A stretch of 64,000 nt of DNA from Microcoleus sp. (GTDB lineage: Bacteria; Cyanobacteriota; Cyanobacteriia; Cyanobacteriales; Microcoleaceae): positions 352,001-416,000 of the forward strand of contig JAYFMW010000030.1 in the NCBI GenBank assembly GCA_042408215.1, read 5' to 3'. The notes under the pieces are model-generated. The model was given only the letters and a program-made list of their open reading frames with translations. It was not told where the DNA came from and made no database searches. Positions within the stretch are counted from its first letter, which is position 1. The number at the start of each line of letters is the position of its first letter. The translations under genes were made by a program, and so were the position numbers. Positions 59,530 through 64,000 of this stretch are shown one piece after another.

Positions 59530-60417
59530 ATGCCCATTATGTCTTTGACTTTTTTGCGACGATACTCCACGCCTTATTTGTTTTTGCTTCCGGCTTTATT
59601 TGTTCTGAGTTTGACTGTTTTGTGGCCGGCTTTGCAGGCTTTTTATTTGAGTTTTACCAGTTATGAGTATGACTTAACTCAAGCGCCGCAGTGGGTGGGT
59701 TTGAAGAATTTTGAGAGGTTGGCGGGCGATCGAGTTTTTTGGCAAACTATGAGCAATACGCTGCTATACCTCACCTGCGTTGTGCCTGTCTTGGTTATTT
59801 TGCCTTTGGGAATGGCTATTTTGTGCAACCAAAAACTCAAAGGGATGAACTGGTTTCGAGCAGCATACTACACGCCGGCGGTAATTTCAATGGTGGTGGC
59901 TGGTATTGCTTGGAAGTGGCTGTTTGCAGAAAATGGATTGCTGAATCAGTTGGGGGAATTGTTTGGTTTACCTGCTGTTTCTTGGCTGGCTAATCCGAAG
60001 TTGGCAATCTTTAGCGTGATGGTTGTTACTATCTGGAAAGGGTTGGGTTATTACATGGTGATTTATTTGGCTGGGCTGCAAGCTATTCCGGCTCAACTTT
60101 ACGAAGCGGCTGCTATTGACGGTTCTGATGGTTTTGGGAAGCACTGGGATATTACTTTGCCGCTGATGAAGCCTTATTTAGTTTTGGTAGCGGTAATTTC
60201 GGCGATTTCTGCTACTAAGGTTTTTGAAGAAGTTTATATTATGACTCAAGGCGGGCCTCGCAATAGTTCTAAGACTGTTGTTTATTATGTTTATGAACGG
60301 GCTTTTAAGGATTTGGAAATTGGTTATGCTTGTACGATCGGGCTGGTCTTGTTTTTGCTGATTTTGGGTTTGTCTATTTTGCAAGTTAGCATTCAAGGCT
60401 TAGCTCGAAAGGATTAA
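59530..60417 (+). CDS. Sugar ABC transporter permease
   Basis: EAA loop LYEAAAIDG; multiple TM segments. Confidence 0.9.
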   Translation: MPIMSLTFLRRYSTPYLFLLPALFVLSLTVLWPALQAFYLSFTSYEYDLTQAPQWVGLKNFERLAGDRVFWQTMSNTLLYLTCVVPVLVILPLGMAILCNQKLKGMNWFRAAYYTPAVISMVVAGIAWKWLFAENGLLNQLGELFGLPAVSWLANPKLAIFSVMVVTIWKGLGYYMVIYLAGLQAIPAQLYEAAAIDGSDGFGKHWDITLPLMKPYLVLVAVISAISATKVFEEVYIMTQGGPRNSSKTVVYYVYERAFKDLEIGYACTIGLVLFLLILGLSILQVSIQGLARKD

Positions 60418-60454
60418 GATTTATGACAAATATTAAATTGCGACAGCCTCGCAA

Positions 60455-60630
60455 CCGCTAGCGGGGTGGGAATTAGTGAGGAAGTGCGGGGGAGGATATT
60501 TGACCCATTTTTTACTAGGAAGTCGATCGGCAAAGGTACGGGAATTGGGCTGTCAATTAGCTGGCATATTGTAGTTGACAAATACGGGGGGATCTGGCGG
60601 TGCGTTTCTATTCCGAAGGGACTGAATTTG
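60455..60630 (+). pseudogene. Orphan fragment of a histidine kinase HATPase domain
   Basis: [37 protein letters not shown] with no rest of the gene. Confidence 0.7.
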
Positions 60631-60710
60631 CAATCTTGGGCTGCCAATTCAACAGCAACTTCGAGAAAGTTCAGCCCAAAAATGCGGAAGTTGCTGTTAA
60701 ATAGAAAGAT

Positions 60711-60748
60711 AAAAAGCGATCGCCCTTTTTGACAGGCGATCGCTTTTT
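60711..60748. terminator. Bidirectional terminator-like hairpin built from two HIP1 sites
   Basis: AAAAAGCGATCGCC..GGCGATCGCTTTTT between convergent genes. Confidence 0.6.
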
Positions 60749-60764
60749 CATGGGCTGGCTAATT

Positions 60765-60971
60765 CTATTCTGGGAAATCAGGAATTACCCATTTTGGGGG
60801 TTCCCGGCGTTTCTTTCTCACCGCTTCCTCTGCTATTTCTAGCATTTTGTCGAGAGAAGTATTTTCAATAAAACTTGACGTTGCCGCCGCATATTCTCGC
60901 TTCGGGCACTTGTCGCCCAAAACGCAACCGTTGACGCAAGCTACAGCACAATCGATAGTGTTCTCCACCAT
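60765..60971 (-). CDS. Small Cys-rich hypothetical protein
   Basis: DCAVACVNGCVLGDKCP motif; followed by a terminator. Confidence 0.7.
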   Translation of the reverse strand: MVENTIDCAVACVNGCVLGDKCPKREYAAATSSFIENTSLDKMLEIAEEAVRKKRREPPKWVIPDFPE

Positions 60972-61133
60972 AACTTTTTTCCTTTCAGGGTTCCAACAAC
61001 TAATAGGTAGGTACTCTGGGTTAATTTGTCAAGAGACTACCCTAGATCTTTATTTTACTTAAAGAGGAGGAAGATGTCGATCGGCTCTGCCAAATTGTTA
61101 TAAAATTGAACCAACCTATCTAATCAGCCCAGC

Positions 61134-61547
61134 ATGAGCAATTTTCTGCGCCGCTTCAAACTTTTACCTTGGCGGGAAATGCTGCAAATTTCCGCCCTCG
61201 TCAACTCCATCGTGGTTGGATTGGAGTTATTTCTAGGGTGGGGTTTCATCCAGTCGCAACTATTCCGCAACGTCTTGAAGCTTCTCTTCGGTTCCTCGCT
61301 GGGGATGTTGATACCTTTCGCTATAGCAGTGGGAATGGGGGCTTTAGCAGTTTACTTTTTAGAGTATTGGCAGCAGCAGTTTTTGCTCAACCGAATTAGT
61401 TTGTGGGTTTTAGTTTTCTGCATACTCCTAGGTTTGCTGTTAAAGTCATTCCTGCCCATACCTCCTTTTTTAGCAAGTTTATCGGAAACTGCACTCATCG
61501 GTGTTGCGGTGGGTGTTTTTTGGAAAGGTCGGCCTTATTGGCGGTAG
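61134..61547 (+). CDS. Hypothetical membrane protein
   Basis: About 4 hydrophobic segments. Confidence 0.7.
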   Translation: MSNFLRRFKLLPWREMLQISALVNSIVVGLELFLGWGFIQSQLFRNVLKLLFGSSLGMLIPFAIAVGMGALAVYFLEYWQQQFLLNRISLWVLVFCILLGLLLKSFLPIPPFLASLSETALIGVAVGVFWKGRPYWR

Positions 61548-61693
61548 TTATTTGTTATTTGTTATTTGAAAAACTACTAACAACTAATTTTCTCAATTCC
61601 TAGCAGAGAGGGACTAGAAGAATAAAGGGGTAAATTCTGCTAATTTGATCTAAAATGTTTGGCATTGTGTACAGAATTTGTCCCTACTGAATA

Positions 61694-62548
61694 ATGACCA
61701 TCAAAACACGTCAACAAACTAACCTGTTGCTGCTATTATTTCCCGCCACCGCATGGCTGATAATTTTCTTCATTTTCCCAGTGTTAATTGTACTTTTGTA
61801 CAGTTTCTTAGAACGCGGTACTTATGGTGGTATCACTTGGATATTTACACTCAGTAACTACGAGCGTTTGTTCAGCGGACTTTTCTTAGGGGTAATTTGG
61901 CGATCGCTCTGGCTGGCTTTCCTGACAACTGCTGCTTGCTTGTTAGTCGGTTATCCCCTAGCATTTTTCATCGCCACCCGTTCTCCCCGCTGGCGAAATG
62001 CCTTGTTATTGTTAGTAATTATTCCATTTTGGACTAATTTTTTAGTGAGAACCTACGCCTGGATTATCCTGCTGCGTAGCGAAGGAGTCATTAACACAGC
62101 CTTGCAAAGCCTGCAAATTATTAATGAACCATTAAACTTGCTGTTTACACCTTTCGCTGTGGCGATCGGTCTAATTTACGGTTATTTACCTTTCATGGTT
62201 CTGCCCTTATATTCTAGCATAGAACGCTTCAATTTTTCATTAGTAGAAGCCGCTCAAGATTTAGGGGCAAACGACATCCGCACTTTCTGGCGCGTATTTT
62301 TACCTTTGACAACTCGCGGCATTGTTGCAGGCTCAATACTGGTTTTTGTGCCAGCAGTTGGTGCTTTCATTACACCGGATATCTTGGGCGGTTCTAAAAC
62401 AATTATGGTAGGGAATGTGATTCAAAATCAGTTTCTCAAAGCCCGCGATTGGCCTTTTGGTTCGGCGCTTTCTATGCTGTTGACGGTAATAGTATTAATC
62501 CCAGTTTTAATTTATTTTCGCGTGTCTGATGAAACCGAATCAAGGTAA
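61694..62548 (+). CDS. potB: Spermidine/putrescine ABC permease
   Basis: IIPFWTNFLVRTYAW, EAAQDLGA, DWPFGSA. Confidence 0.88.
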   Translation: MTIKTRQQTNLLLLLFPATAWLIIFFIFPVLIVLLYSFLERGTYGGITWIFTLSNYERLFSGLFLGVIWRSLWLAFLTTAACLLVGYPLAFFIATRSPRWRNALLLLVIIPFWTNFLVRTYAWIILLRSEGVINTALQSLQIINEPLNLLFTPFAVAIGLIYGYLPFMVLPLYSSIERFNFSLVEAAQDLGANDIRTFWRVFLPLTTRGIVAGSILVFVPAVGAFITPDILGGSKTIMVGNVIQNQFLKARDWPFGSALSMLLTVIVLIPVLIYFRVSDETESR

Positions 62549-62601
62549 TAAGTGTAAGGTGCGCCCATAAGCACCATACATTTAGGGTAAGATGCACAAA
62601 T

Positions 62602-62908
62602 ATAGCGTTTCTCTGTCTGGTGAGGTACATAAATGATCCCCCTAAATCCCCCTTATTAAGGGGACTTTTCCGGTTCCCCCCTTATTAAGGGGGGTTAGGG
62701 GGGATCGGGCGACTAGGGCGTGTTTTCAAAGTCTATATTTACCTGTCTGTTGCGAAGAAGAACCCCCCCCGGCCCCCCTTAATAAGGGGGGAGAATGAGC
62801 GTCAAAGTCAACCCCTACTCACACCCTACTCCCTTTTTAAGGGGGGTTAGGGGGCTCAGGTGGCTAGGGGGGATCGTTTTTGTACTACCTATAATTGAGA
62901 AACGCTAT
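62602..62908. mobile_element. MITE-like element filled with CCCCCTTATTAAGGGGG palindromes
   Basis: Ends ATAGCGTTTCTC / GAGAAACGCTAT. Confidence 0.65.
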
Positions 62909-62941
62909 CACTAATAACTAATAACTAATAACGAATAACCA

Positions 62942-63814
62942 ATGACTAAACTAGATTTACTCGTTCGTGCGATCGGCAAAAGGTGGCTTTGGATACAAGC
63001 TGCACTAGCATTTGCCTTCCTCTACCTGCCAATTCTGATCTTAATTATTTACTCTTTCAACGCCTCTAGATTTAACGCCGTTTGGCGCGGTTTTACCCTC
63101 GATTGGTATCGCAGCTTATTCAGCGATGCCGGCACACTCGGAGTCGGAACAACAGCCTTAATGGCTAGCAGTAGCAGTGCTGGAATCTGGACAGCCCTCA
63201 ACAACAGTTTGCTAATTGCAGCTATTTCTACCCTGCTAGCAACAATTTTCGGTACAACGATCGCCCTAGCCCTAGAACGCTTTCATTTTCCCGGACGCAA
63301 AGCAGTAGAAGCTTTACTATTTTTGCCGATTATTATGCCAGAAATTACGATCGGCATTTCGCTGCTAGTTTTTTTTACCCTAGTATTTCGGATAGTTGAA
63401 AATCTCACTGGTATTCGCCTTAATCTCGGCTTACCAACAGTAATTATTGGTCACGTTGCCTTTAATATTTCCTTTGTTACTATTACTGTCAGGGCGCGTT
63501 TGGCAGAACTCGATCCGACACTAGAACAAGCATCTTTTGACTTGGGCGCTAACGAATGGCGGACTTTTTGGCGGATCACCTTCCCTCTAATTTTGCCTGG
63601 TATTTTCAGCGCCGCACTGCTAGCTTTTACTCTGTCTCTTGACGATTTTGTCGTGACATTCTTTACCACGGGCGTCGGTTCAATGACTTTGCCACTATTT
63701 GTTTATGGCATGATCAAATTTGCTGTGACACCAGCGATTAATGCCATCTCAACTTTGATGTTGTTGGCTTCTTTGTTGCTGGTTGTATCGTCGCTGAGAG
63801 TTCAAAAAACTTGA
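62942..63814 (+). CDS. potC: Spermidine/putrescine ABC permease
   Basis: FLYLPI..YSFN, LEQASFDLGA, FTLSLDDFVV. Confidence 0.88.
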   Translation: MTKLDLLVRAIGKRWLWIQAALAFAFLYLPILILIIYSFNASRFNAVWRGFTLDWYRSLFSDAGTLGVGTTALMASSSSAGIWTALNNSLLIAAISTLLATIFGTTIALALERFHFPGRKAVEALLFLPIIMPEITIGISLLVFFTLVFRIVENLTGIRLNLGLPTVIIGHVAFNISFVTITVRARLAELDPTLEQASFDLGANEWRTFWRITFPLILPGIFSAALLAFTLSLDDFVVTFFTTGVGSMTLPLFVYGMIKFAVTPAINAISTLMLLASLLLVVSSLRVQKT

Positions 63815-63893
63815 ATAAGAAGGAACGGAGAAAATAGCAGGGTAAAATAATTGCATTATGTGTCATAATTGTCACGTACAACTAATAAAACTT

Positions 63894-64000
63894 ATGAAAC
63901 GACTGTTGACTTTCCTACTTTTGTTCATGCTCAGTGCAATGCTGCCTTTCGGCTGTAGCCGCACAGGTGGCAACCAGCAGCAAGTGCTCAGCATTTACAA
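63894..64000 (+). CDS. potD: Polyamine-binding lipoprotein, N-terminus only (partial)
   Basis: MKRLLTFLLLFMLSAMLPFGC lipoprotein signal followed by VLSIY; follows potBC. Confidence 0.7.
   Translation, partial: MKRLLTFLLLFMLSAMLPFGCSRTGGNQQQVLSIY

Overview
Cyanobacterial chromosomal DNA, probably from a filamentous Oscillatoriales-type genome (inferred from dense HIP1 GCGATCGC sites, heptamer tandem repeats, and ocp, ndhH and a Pil/Hmp-type chemosensory cluster). The first 19 kb is heavily invaded by mobile DNA. A complete RT/HNH group II intron sits inside the tnpB of an IS607 element, which in turn sits inside a decayed IS200/IS605 tnpB. An IS5, further tnpB elements and a free-standing double-HNH gene interrupt the patA-cheW-MCP-cheA operon. 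The rest is mostly housekeeping: two pentapeptide-RidA fusions, pnp, an intein-containing SNF2 with its SWIM partner, queG, ocp, a partner-switch pair, rsmH, ndhH next to a MidA-like methyltransferase, hisS, pfkB, CIA30 and ABC permeases, with many MITE/REP-like repeats. The best candidate for an undescribed system is a three-gene operon at 48747-52173 (-): an NgoFVII-type C5 methyltransferase, a protein fusing an NgoFVII-type B3 DNA-recognition domain (no PLD nuclease) to a Septu PtuA-like ABC ATPase, and a PtuB-like HNH nuclease. Family assignments come from motif recognition by eye; no searches were run.
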